Shown: one piece after another, positions 44,354-58,144 of the stretch | Layout: each line of letters opens with the position of its first letter | Numbering within the stretch: position 1 is the stretch's first letter | Source of the DNA: the human T2T-CHM13v2.0 reference genome, Homo sapiens | DNA length: 64,000 nucleotides | Direction: 5' to 3' (one strand) | NCBI RefSeq assembly: GCF_009914755.1 | Contig: NC_060948.1 | Translations under genes and position numbers: made by a program | The notes under the pieces: generated by a model | Database searches by the model: none | The model's input: the letters and a program-made list of their open reading frames with translations, nothing else | Told to the model about the DNA's origin: nothing

Positions 44354-47300
44354 AAGTGAATAACTTGAGTAACTTTTCTCCCATTCTATAGGTGGTCTGT
44401 TTACTCTGTTCGTTGCTTTCTTTGGTGTGCAGAACTGTTTTAGCTTAATAGAGCCTCATTTGTCTATTTTTGGTTTTGCTGTCTGGTGTTTTAGCTGAGT
44501 TATAAAATCTTTGTTTAGTCCGATGCCCTGAAGCCTTTCCTATTGGTTTTCTTCTATTAGCTGCATAATTTCAGGCCTTCCATTTAACTATTTAATCCAC
44601 ATTAAGTTGACTTTTGTATATGGTGAGATAGAAATCTAGTTTCATTCTTCTGCATATGAATATCCAGTTTTCCCAGTACCATTTGTTGAAGAGGGTATCT
44701 CTTCCTCAATATACATTTTTAGCACCACTATTGAAAATCAGTTGAATGTAAACATTTATTTCTATGTTTTCTATTTTTTTCTATTATCCTTAGTGTCTTT
44801 TTATACCATTACTATTCTGTTTTTGGTACTATGGCTTCACAGTACTTTTTGAAGTCAAATAGTGTAATGCTGTCAGCTTTGTTCTTTTTGTCCAGTATTG
44901 CTTTGGCTAGTCAGTGTCTTACATGGTTTCATACACATTTTAGAATTGTTTTTTCTGGTTTTGTGAGGAATGTAATTGGTGTCTAGATAGAACTACATTG
45001 AATCTGTAGATTACTTTGGGTATTTTCATCATATTTACAGTATTTTTGCAGTACATGGTTATGGAATGCCATTTCACTTGTTTGTGTCATCTTCAATAAT
45101 TTTCATCAATGTTCTTTTACTTTTCATTGTAGAGTTCTTTCATTTCCTTGGTTTAATTTATTCCTAGGTATTTTATTTTTATTTGTTATTATTATTATTA
45201 TTATTTTTGGTGGGGAGAGGATCATGCTTTGTTGCCCATGCTGGAGTGCAGTGGCATGATCACAGCTTGCTGTAGACTTGTCCTTCTGGGCTCAGTCGAC
45301 CCTACCATCTGAATAGCTGGGATTACCTGAAAGCCTGGGTAATTTTTGCATTTTCGTACAGACAGGCTCTCACTATGTTGCCCATGCTATTCTTAAACAC
45401 CTGTCCTGAGGTAATTCTTTAGCCTCAGTCTCTCAAAGTACTGGGATCATAGGGATAAGCCACTGCACTCAGTTGATATTTTATTATTTTTCTAGCTATT
45501 TTAAATGAGACTGTTTGCTTGGTTTTGTTTCCAGTAGTTCATTATTGGTGTAAAACAACATTACTAATTTTTGTGCATTGATTCTGTGTTCTGCAACTTG
45601 GCTAAATTTGTTTATCAATTCCACAGATCTTTTGGTTAAGTCTTTTTCTCCATATAACATGAGGCCATCTGCAAAGAGGGACAGTTTGACTTTCTCATTT
45701 TCAATTTAGATGCCTTTTATCCTCTTCAATTTAGATGCCTTTTCTTATTCCTCTGGCTAGGCTTTCCAGGACTGTATTGAATAGAGTGGTGAAAGTGGCC
45801 ATCTTTGTTTTGTTCCAGTTTTTAAAGGAAAAGCTTTCAAGATTTTCCACATTCAGTATGATGTTAGCTGTGAGCTCATCATCGGTGGCCTTTATTATGT
45901 TGATAATAAATCATATGGAGAATACAGTACAGCCCTCTGAGCTCCTGGAGAATATGTGTGGGAACGAACAACCTCAGCATAACTCAAGTGAGTTATGTTT
46001 CTTCTATGTCTAATTTTGAGAGTTCCTCCCAGATGTAGAACTCCCTTAAGTAACTTTTTGTGGGGCAGGTATAGTTGTAGAGAATTTCTTCAGTTTTTGC
46101 TTGGCTGGGAAAGACTTTATTTTTTCTTTATTTTTGAATAATATCTTTGTTAAATATAGTGTTCTTGACTAGCAGGGTTTTTTTATTTTATCACTTTGAA
46201 TATATCACACAATTTTTTTCCTTTTCTGTAATGTTTCTGCTAGAAAGTGCTGTTAGTCTGCTGGTAATTCCTGTATGCGACTTGATGCTTGTCTCTTACT
46301 GTTTTGAGAATTATCTTTCTGCCTTTTCATTTTGAAAGTTTGACTATAATGTGTCTCAGAGTATACATGTGGATGTCTGAATCTCTCACAAGATGTGGAA
46401 AGTTGTCAGCTATTATTTTATTTAAAAATTTTCCATTTATTTTCCTATTTCTTCTGCTTTTCCTTAAACTCCAAATTCAATTATTTGTTTGCTTGATTTT
46501 GCTCTATATGTCTTGTAGGGTTCCTTGGCATTTTTTATTCTTTTTTTTTTTTTTTTGGTTTAGTTTATTTAAAAAGACCTGTCTTCAAGTAGGAAATTCT
46601 TTCCTCTGTTTGGTCTACTCTATTATTGAGCTTAAATTGTGTTTTTAAATTTTAATCATTGAATTCTTCAGTTGCAGGATATTGGTTCCTTTTTATCATT
46701 TCTATCTATTGAATTTCTTATTTAGATCATAAATTGTTTTTCTGATTTCTTTGTATTATCTCTTTGTGTCCTCTTGTGTCTTGCTGAGTTTTCTTACTCA
46801 GATTATTATTCCAATTTCTTTTTCTTATATTTTATAAATTTTATTTTCTTTGTGATCTGTCATTGGATAATTATTATGTTCCATTGGAGGTGCTATGTTC
46901 CTTTGCTTTCTCACAATTTTAAAATTCTTGTTTGATATATGCACATCTGGTTGCTTCTTATAATTTTATAAATTGTCTTTTATAGAGTAAGCCCTATTTT
47001 TCTGCATGTGTATCAAAAGTGTTGGTTGCATAATGTACTTTGGCTTGATTCTGGTGAGGGCTCTACTGTATTCTCCATATGATTTATTCAGTAGTTTTAG
47101 TGTTTTATATAAGTTCCTTAGAGGTTTAGGCTGTGGGTTTTGTGGGGGCTGTTGTAGGCTTTCCTGGAGATGGGAACACCAGAAGGGCCATTATTTAGTA
47201 TGAGCATTGGTAATGATGTGCTGGCTTTTGAGCTCTTGGGTGACATACAAGGGTGCTGGAGGTGGCAGTGGGGGTCCCTTGTGGGCTGGTACTCAAGCCT

Positions 47301-47900
47301 CACAATGGCATACCTTTGCATCAGTCATAGTGGTAGCTGACTAGGTGGGCTTGTATACAGGCCCCAAGTGGCAAACATGAATGGGCGTCAGCAGTGGTGG
47401 TGGCAGACTTGGCAAGCTGGTTTCCCTTCCTTGGCAGTGGCACATGGGCACAAGGAGCAGCCAGTAGAGTGGACCTGTTCTCAGGATCCTGGATGACATA
47501 CATGGGTGTCCACAGTGGTGGGTAGTGATGGGTATGTTAAGTCTGTTAGGTGACAGGACATTGAATGCTGGTGACAATGGCATCTGGCCTATCCTCAGGC
47601 CCCTGGATGGCATGTGTACACATCAGTGGTGGTGGCACATAGGATATGCCAATCCTCAGGCTCCTGGACTACATCTATAGTTATTGGTATGGTTGGTGGT
47701 CTGGTCTTCCCTCTGACCTCCTGGAGAGTATGTGTGGGAACCAACAACCTCAGCAGGGGGAGTAAGCCAATTTTCAGGATTTTGTTCTGTATGTACGGTG
47801 GAAGAAGCAGGTGAGTGGGCCTAAGCCTCTGGATGTGTGGCAGAGACACTGGGAGTGGCAGGTCTCTGGGAGGTGCGCAGGGCAGGCTAGCCTCGTGCTC
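44354..47900 (-). mobile_element. Old L1 (L1MA/L1M): ORF2 part, internal deletion near 46025, ORF1 and GC-rich 5' region
   Basis: Antisense ORF2 motifs (tcattcttctgcatatgaatatccagttttcccag; gaatctgtagattactttggg), then ORF1-type T-rich sequence and a repetitive 5' region. Confidence 0.82.
45188..45473 (-). mobile_element. Degenerate AluJ with (TTA)n tail
   Basis: gcagtggcatgatcacagcttgctgtag...ctcactatgttgccca. Confidence 0.82.
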
Positions 47901-49245
47901 ATTGCAGGTTTTATTTATTTAAACATTTGCTTTTTATGTTTAGTATTTCACTCTTTAGAGGGACAAATAATGGAATTTAAATCTTATGTTTGTGAACACA
48001 ACATATGAAATCAAAATAGTGCTTTAGGAGGTATACATTTCAAGGCTCTGAGTTTGATATGCAAGTGTACTTAGTATATATTATAAAGGAAAATGTATAG
48101 CACGCAAGAGTTGTCACAATGGTAGCTTTGATGAAATACCAGATTTCTGAATACTTCATTTAAGGTACCAGATTGTAAATGTTGTGTAGTTTTACTGTTC
48201 CTTAAGACTGTATTGTGAGTAAATTCGCTCATGTTCTGTTATATATATATGTATATAGAAATTTATATAATAAATTATATAAATGTTAACTTCAAATCTG
48301 AGTGTGTATTTGCACTTTATTTTATCAACAAATTCTATAAATATTCTAACTCTAAAAATTACATTTGAAGAGTAATATATAGTTTATTATGAAATCAACC
48401 TAAAGACCACTGGAATTACAGCATGATTTTTCTATTTATTTTTCAGAAATCCTGCTATTTACTTTTTTTTTTTTTTAACAGCTGGAATGGAAGTTTATTA
48501 AAAGGCTTTAGAGCAGGAAAGAAAGGGAAGTTACACTGAGAAGAATCCCAAGTGGTGATGTGAAGGACAAAGTGCAATGTTTAACCTTGATCCCAGGACT
48601 TTAGAGGGTGGCCCACCTCTCACTTTCCCATGATTTTTCCTTTAGAGTGGCTGTCCACATGCACAATGCCTTCCTTCTGCTTGGGAAGTAAGCACACTCA
48701 GTGTGTTTAGGAAGTTGTGTGCATGCCCATCTGAGGCTTTGTTTCCTCTTCTGGTGGAGTGCCCCCAAAAGGTCATACTCTACCATTTTGTCTCCTAATG
48801 CACGTATTCAGGCTCACTACCCCAATACCTGTGATTTTATTGGAAACCCTTATTGCTTCTTCTGGTGCCTGCATTCAATTAACAAGTTAATGTTAACAGC
48901 TGTTGATCAGCAGCAGATTGTCTCTCCCTGGTGCTGGCTGCCCAATTACCATTCTTAGAGAGGCAATGTGACAACAGTGGAACCATCTCCTGATCACCTG
49001 ACATCCCTGGCAGGTGGGGGTGGTGAGCCCTCTCCTGCCCTGCTCATGCCCGACTAACTTCTTGTAACACTTTCCCCCTCAAGAGCCCAAGACCCCAAAT
49101 CTTTGAGCAAATGTCAATATTCTATAACTGCTTCCTGCTGACTGACTGATGGTGGTGGTTGTTCTTTAGGTCTTGTCCTCTTCCTAGCTGTCAGGGCAGG
49201 GTGACTGCATGGGTTGGTGAAAGCGGTATCCAGCCAGGTCCAAGG

Positions 49246-49610
49246 TGTTAGGTTTTTAAGGAAATGCAAGGGTTAAAGAAAGACAGAGATGACAGGTCTA
49301 TGGCAATGCAGGTTTATTGCCAGAGTAACCTGCAGAGGTGGGGACCAGCTTAATGCCAGAGCCATCTGCCACTTACAGGCTGGGATAATCATAGGTGTAG
49401 TGGGAGGGCTCTGGGCAATATGGCTTGCTGCCTGGAAGGATGTGGATAAAATTCTTGTGATCACGTGGTTGGCCCTTTTTCTGGTAGGGTGTGATGATCA
49501 GAAAGTCAGATGGTTGGGCAGGATATTTCTATGGCCCCATGGAATGTTTCTAACTCTGACCAGGGTCTGTGAAGTGGCAGGAACTTACAAAATAGTTTAG
49601 CTTAGACTCA
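49246..49610 (-). mobile_element. ERVL-type solo LTR (LTR32-like) nested in the retrocopy
   Basis: tgttagg...tttatt...cttacaaaatagtttagcttagactca; family named from memory; TSD not clean. Confidence 0.5.
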
Positions 49611-49619
49611 AGGGCAGGA

Positions 49620-50900
49620 TTTCATCTCCTTTCGGTCCCACTGATGCGCAGTCCAGGGGTCCCCTGTATCAGGGTGCCTCTTGAATATTGAGAGGAGGGT
49701 ATTCTTCATTGAGGATCATCTGGAGCTTGATGGCCTGAGGGCAAGAGGAGACAAATTGGATTATTAAACTTAGAAGACATGGACCAAAAAAGAGCAAAAG
49801 TAGGAGAGTAACAAGTGGTCCTGACAAAAGAAGAACCCCCCAGAACCATTTTCAGATTTATTCCCAATCTAACCAACTCTCTGAAGCTTGTTCCCATAAC
49901 TTGGAGGCACGATTTAAGCAGTATTTGATGTTGTCTTATACTTTTCCCTGTTGATTTACCCAAAAGCAACACTTTTAGTCTAAGGCTAAACAAATTTCTC
50001 CTTGTGCTGCTGTTAGCATATCTACTCCTTGACAATTTTGGCAACTACAGCTGCTAAAGAGTCAATTTGTTCTTGCATAATAGTTAAGGTTCTAGTCATG
50101 ATGTTAATGTTGTTGGTATTCCCTCTGAGAGCTGGTTAAGGGGGCTTTTGTGATTCCAGCAATTTTGGTTCCTGTACTGGCTGTAATGCCAAGTCCCACA
50201 AGAAGGGGAATTAATTGGATAGCTCTTTTTATCATGGGAAGGATGGAATTTCTGGTCATTGGAACTGGAAGAGAGGTTGCCAGGGTCTGTAAAGATGTCT
50301 TGGGATGGGTAGCTGCATTAGTCTGTTTTCACACTGCTGATAAAGGTATACCCAAGACTGGGCAATTTACAAAAGAGAGAGATTTATTGAACTTAACAGT
50401 TCCGCATGGCTGGGGAGGCCTCACAATCAAGGCAGAAGGCAAAGAGGAGCAAGTCACATTTTACGTGGATGGCAGCAGGCGAAGAGGGAGACCTTGCACA
50501 GAGAAACTCCCATTTTAAAACCATCAAATCTCATGAGACCCATTCACTATCAGCAGAATAGCAGTGGAAAGACCTGCCCCCAAGATTCAATCATCTCCCA
50601 CTGGGCCACTCCCACAGCATATGGGAATTATGGGAGCTACAAGATGAGATTTGGGTGGGGTTGCAGAGCCAAATCCATCAATAGCCTATGGTACAAGTTC
50701 CAGTTCAGTTAGCAGGGTGACATTGGTGAGCTGATTGGCCACAAATATAAAAGAGTCCTTGGGTTTTGAAACATGCAGAGATTTCAAAACAAAAGAAGAG
50801 AGTGAGGACAGCTCCAAAAATCCTGAGGCTGCTTACATGCCCCAGTAACTGGTAGCTAGTCCTGCTAAGACTTGGGTGCATGGGGCTGCCACCTGATTCC
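49620..50900 (-). pseudogene. Syncytin-2 (ERVFRD-1)-like env remnant: end of SU plus TM
   Basis: NWTGTCTIGY...MIKR|AIQLIPLLVGLGITASTGTKIAGITKA...MQEQIDSLAAVV(fs)QNCQGVDMLTAAQGEICLALD*KCCFWVNQ...GPLVTLLLLLFFGPCLL, closely following the FRD env TM. Confidence 0.9.
50314..50680 (-). mobile_element. THE1 solo LTR inserted in env
   Basis: tgcattagtctgttttcacactgctgataaag...gccaaatccatca; TSD gtagc/atagc. Confidence 0.92.
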
Positions 50901-51138
50901 AATATGTACCTAGAACTAGAATATTGATCTAGACTTTTACATTACTCATCCCTTTTGTTTCTTCTGATCAGCAGCCAGAGATCACTGGCTGGTTCACAGG
51001 AATAAGCATGCTTAGTCTAAAATACTGACAAAAACTTAAAAACAACTGATGAGACCAGAATTTAATGAGAGGTATATCATAATTTTTGAAACATAGTTTT
51101 TTCTCTCCATTTCTTACTTTTGTTAAAAATAAAAAATG

Positions 51139-51584
<446 letters not shown>

Positions 51585-51835
51585 TCAAATAAGACATTTT
51601 TAAAACCCAGCCCAGCCATGGGTTTGTCCCGTCAAATACCTATAAGTTGGGTAGATTTCTCTTCTTTTGAGGTTCCAAGACAATTGGGGCTCCTGGGCCT
51701 GGTGGGAAGTGACATTCTTTACTTACCACAGGTTAGGAATCTTGTACAGGAACTGTGTACACAAAACATGAGGCCAGTTTTCCCAAGGTACTTTTTATGG
51801 GTCTGTAAGCCTAGCTTGAGAAATCCAACTATTTA

Positions 51836-51921
51836 TTAGGTTGGTGCAAGAGTAATTGTGGGTTTTGCCATTAAAAAGGCATTACAAGGACAAAACCACA
51901 ATTACTCCTGCACCAACTTAA
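51836..51921. mobile_element. MADE1 (Hsmar1 MITE)
   Basis: Inverted termini ttaggttggtgcaagagtaattgtgggttttgcc / gacaaaaccacaattactcctgcaccaacttaa; preceded by TA. Confidence 0.92.
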
Positions 51922-51976
51922 CATGCCTCTATATTTATACCTAGAATATTATATTTTTAAAGTATTTGTAAATTAA

Positions 51977-52333
<357 letters not shown>

Positions 52334-53751
52334 TAGTTAACTAAATAACCAACTTACATTTAGTTATGTTAATTTAATATGAAATTTAATTAAATAACTA
52401 ACGTATGGGCATTGAGATATCAAGCCAGAGTGATATTTATGTTCATTTTCTTAATGTTATTGTGTGCCGTTTAAGAGATACACATCTTTCAAATCTAAGA
52501 ATAGTTTATAAATGCCAGAATATTATTGTTTAGCACTTTTTTCGTATTTTAGTTAGTTTTATAATGCTGTTAATTTACCAACATTACATTTTTTCAAGAA
52601 AATCTATAAGATTTTTAATGTCTGAGTTTTTAATCACCCACACAAAATTATCAGATTGAAATCACAATCATATACAAAGATGTAAGAAACTCTTTATAAT
52701 TTGCCATGTATAATAATGTGAATGTACTTAATACTTTTGAGCTATATACTTAAAGTAGTTAAATGGTGAGTTTTATATAATCTATATTTTACCACAATTT
52801 AAGAAGTAAATAATTTTAAAAATTGAAAAAAGATAGCTGTGAACAATACAAAAAAAGTAAACTGGTACAAACTCTTGATGTTCAAATGTTTTGGTTCAAA
52901 ATGTAGGCAATATGAAATGGAAAGTGTAAGTAAGAAAACACTTGGCTATTAGTTGCTCAACTTTAAGAAGTTTTATTAGAGGGTATTTATTAACCTTTTT
53001 TCTTAAGGTTGAATAAGTGATTAAAAGTCCCATATAACAGTCAACCAAAGAGAACATTTTTATTTACTTTTTAAGAATACAAATAATTTTTGTGTTATTA
53101 CAATATGGTTTATAAAAGCTAGATTTAAGTAGATTTTGTTAGATTTAATATCTCAGAAATACTGATATTTTAAGAAAGCACCCATGCCATCTATCATTAA
53201 TCTAAAGAAAATAGGTAAGTTTAGAGAGAAAATCTGCTCTTAAAAAGAACCTCTCATTTGCAACACAAAAGCCATAGTGACTAAAATAGTCTATTTACAA
53301 ACCAAACTGAAACAAAACAAAACAAAATAGCTATTGCCCTTTCAGCTTAGTCATCTCAGCCATTAGATTTTTTAAATGCTTAAACTGACAATAATTGTGT
53401 ATATTTATGGGGCCTAATGTGATCTTTTAATCTATGTATACATTATAAAGTCATTCAATTAGGTCAATTACCAAATGACAGGATCTCATTATTTTTTATA
53501 ACTGAATAGTATATTGCATATATATACCACATTTTAAAATCCATTCACCTGCTGATAACACATGGTTTGATTCCGTATCTTGGCTATTGTGAACAGTGCT
53601 GCAGTAAGCATGGGAGTGCAGATACCTATTCAACATATTGATTTCATTTCTTTTGAGTATTATACCAAGTAGTTAATGTTTTGAGAAACCTCTGGACTGT
53701 TTTCCACACTGATTGTACTAATTAGCATTCCATTCAACAGAGTTCCCATTT

Positions 53752-54343
53752 CTTTTTTTTTTTTTTTAATTATACTTTAAGTTCTAGGGTACATGTGCAC
53801 AATGTGCAGGTTTGGCACGTATGTATACATGTGCCATGTTCCTGTGCTGCACCCATTAACTTGTCACTTACATTAGATATTTCTCCTAATGCTATCTCTC
53901 CCCCCTCCCCCCACCCCACAAAAGGCCCTGGTGTGTGATGATCCCTTTCCTGTGTCCAAGTGTTCTCATTGCCCAATTCCCACCTATGAGTGAGAACATG
54001 CAGTGTTTGGTTTTTTGTCCTTGCGATAGTTTGCTGAGAACGATGGTTTCCAGCTTCATCCGTGTCCCTACAAAGGACATGAACTCATACTTTTTTATGG
54101 CTGCATAGTATTCCATGGTGTATATGTGCCACATTTTCTTAATCCAGTCTATCCTTGATGGACATTTGGGTTGGTTCCAAGTCTTTCCTATTGTGAATAG
54201 TGCTGCAATAAACATACGTGTGCATGTGTCTTTATAGCAGCATGATTTATAATCCTTTGGGTATATACCCAGTAATGCGATGGCTGGGTCAAATGGTATT
54301 TCTAGTTCTAGACCCTTGAGGAATTGCCACACTGTCTTCCACA
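53752..54343 (-). mobile_element. Young L1PA 3' end (~590 bp)
   Basis: T-tail then ttatactttaagttctagggtacatgtgcac; ORF 53892-54344 gives the ORF2 C-terminus WKTVWQFLKGLELEIPFDPAI... Confidence 0.95.
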
Positions 54344-54505
54344 TCTATACATCCTTGCCAGCATCTATACATCCTTTCTATACAGCCTTGCTAGCATCTT
54401 TTGGCTTTTGATAATAGTTATTCTAACTGGGGTGTGCTGATATCTCACAGTAGTTTTTATTAATATCTCACTAATGATTAGTCATATCGAGCATTTAAAA
54501 GTTTA

Positions 54506-54806
<301 letters not shown>

Positions 54807-57601
54807 CTATTGTCAGTTTGTATGTCTTTTTTTTTTTTTTTTTTTGTAGGTAAGGAGAACAAGGTCCATTTTGTTACATGGATAGGATATATTGTGTAGT
54901 GGTGAAGTCTGGACTTTCAATGCAACCATTATGCAAATAATGTACATTGTACCCATTAAGTTATTTGATATCATCTACAACCTTCACACCCTTCGAGGCC
55001 TCCAATATCTATTATTCCACTCTCAATGCCCATGTGTACATATTATTTGGCTCCCACTTGTAAGTGAGAATATGTGGTATTTGACTGTTTCTTGATTTTG
55101 AGATGATTTATATTATTTTTGCTTTTAATTCTGTTTACATGGTGAGTTACATTTATTAATACTGTTTAGAAATAAAATGTAATGATCATTGATACATGCA
55201 ACAACATGGATGGATATTGAAATTATTACACTAAAAAAGAAACTGAGTGTCTATTATGACATTCTAGAATATAAATACTGTTTTATAGTAAGAAAAGCCG
55301 ATCACTAGTTGAATAAGGATGGGTTAAGTGAAGGGATGAATTACAAAGTGGTGTGAGAAATGTTTGAGTGATGGAAGCTTTTGTTGTCTTTGTCAAAATG
55401 ATAAAATTGTACAATAAAAATGTGTTGTATATCATGCTTCAGTTATGTCTAAATTTGTAAGAAAAATTAAATGTATAGTTTCAGGGAATATAAAGTTCTT
55501 ATCCAAAATGACACAGTAGCAATAAGATATGATATAAATAAAGTTTTTAAAGCTGTATGGTAAACCACATGCCAAATTATCAATCATGATGGACTGTGTA
55601 TACCTATTGCTGGGCTCCTATAGTATCTTTTTCCTCTATGTTAAAAGAATTGTTATCTTTGTCTCACTGATATAATTGTAATCTTTTTTCCTGAATGCTC
55701 TATGAGCACCAGAGATGTTCCACATTTTTAAATCTTTCACCAGAGTGCCTAGTCTAAGTAGGGTTAACTAATTTTCTATTAGTAGCCAGAATATATTCCA
55801 GGATATCTTTCTCTCACTGTTGGAAGTATGGAATAGTCATAAATATGATGGCAATCTGACTAGATGTATGGCCATTCCTTCCAAAGGTTTTGATTAAGAC
55901 ATAGGAATCCATAGCCATGGAAAAAGAAACTTATATCCTCCATAGAGAGTCTATGCCCTGGATTCTCCTTGAAGTACTCTGTAATGTTTCTCCGGAGTTC
56001 TATAGCTCATGCATGAAATGTCTAGTAGAGAATTTGGAAATGACATACCCATTACTGCAGCCTTTATTTAATTCAGAGAAAAATATTTAGATCTTAAACA
56101 CTTGGCAATGGTGGTCTTAAGTTTATAGCATGTGACTACTAAGGGTGTAGGCATTAAATATTTTCAGTGTACTTAGAGATTTAGTAAAGGCAGGCATGTT
56201 CAAGTGTCATGAACTTGGCACAATGGTCTAAAAAACCATGGACTGTAGGTATAATCCATTTAAAACCACTAGAAAAATTATTTTTTCTAATGGAGAAATT
56301 CAATGGTAGATTCAGAATCTTTAGCAATATTGGTCAAATAAAATGAATCAATTTGCTGTATTCACCAGTACCAAATTCCTGATTAAAGCATGATTACTAC
56401 TCATTTTAACTTGAATTTGATCCCACAGAGTGCTCAGGAAGAGCAACAGAAGATTGATTGTACTTGTTTAGTTGTCTGTAACCATTATCAATTACAGAGT
56501 CAATGTAAATATTTTATACCTTTGTGTAAATGTTTATAAAAGGTTTACACCTACTTATGTTAATTTACAAGGTTTGTGTGTATAATAAAACACACTTGAA
56601 TTTAAAAGAATAAAAATTTTACCCATTCTCTTACCCCATGCAGCCTCATGATCACCCCTTTATTTAATTGAAACTTAAACACCAGGAGTTTTCGGCACTG
56701 TAATGGGAGAATGGTAATGTAGATAAGGTATCCCTCAGCACCCTGATCAATAAGGAATCACTTTTCACATTATATTGTTTAACAAATTCTATGCTCCAAC
56801 TGCTCCAAATTATGGATACTCATGTGGTACAGAGTATTATTAAATGGACCACAAAGTTGTGAGAAATGCTGAGGTCACTGCAGTTGGGTCAATGGTCAGG
56901 AGACAGTAAAGAATTTCATGGAAAGAAGAAGCCTGTCAGCAGACTTCAAAACAAGTTTGGGCATTATGACCTTCTGGGTGGGACAGATTACAGGATGAAA
57001 GAAGGAAGGGAGAATATATTTGTTTTCTCTCCTGCAATATGAGCATAATCATGCACACCTCTTAGGGTTTATATGTTCTATAAGCACTGTAATTTATATT
57101 TAGCACATTGCACGGCATCTGACATTTAGTTAGATAAACATGAATGTGAGATATCAGAAAGACCAGCCTTTGTTTTGTCATTACTATTTTGGTTATCTTC
57201 AGCATCATAATCATCTCTCAAATATTTTTCATCAAGCCTGGAGTAAAAGGTAATAAATGGGATGCAGGAGCTTGTTTTGGTCCAAGGGTATGTAGGGAAA
57301 CACAATCTATTTTGTAACTAGAAAACTCTGAGTACAAAGAGTTTATTGTTTTGAGGAAGGTAATGTAATATCTGAGAAGATTTCGGAGCATTCATGAAAT
57401 ATATAAATGCCAACAGGATGAAGAGGAGAAATGAGATGAACTTTGAAATTACATGAATGCCTACTGTTTCTCAAAAATACAGGTGAAATGATTCATTATT
57501 TTTGAAATTGGATGGAGTGTAAAGCATAGCTCAGGTGCTTAATTGCAGCTAAGATATTTATAGGCCTACAACATTTAAATAGATCATTAGAAAAATTAAA
57601 A

Positions 57602-57956
<355 letters not shown>

Positions 57957-58144
57957 TCATCAAAATACTTAGCTCTGAATTATGGAAAACCCCCAAACTT
58001 GTCTTTCTGATCAATAAAATAAAAAAGTGACAGAAATTTCCTCTTCCCTCCATTTTTACTTACTTCTTTCCACCTCCATTTCTTCTTTTTCTTGAAACAA
58101 CTTGCAAAATCTTTTATCATCACTTTGCATTTTAATAACAGCAG

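Noticed and set aside
45700-45742. Local duplication ttcaatttagatgcctttt x2
   Set aside because: Ordinary short slippage duplication within an old L1.
49620-50900. Possibility of a functional Y-linked syncytin
   Set aside because: Stops and frameshifts in the TM, a THE1 insertion and a missing SU N-terminus rule out a protein product.
53892-54344. 150-aa intact-looking ORF
   Set aside because: C-terminal fragment of L1 ORF2 in a 5'-truncated copy with no promoter.
56212-56224. 13-mer aacttggcacaat matching the reverse complement of a CASK PDZ exon (IVPS)
   Set aside because: The flanks do not extend the match; likely chance.
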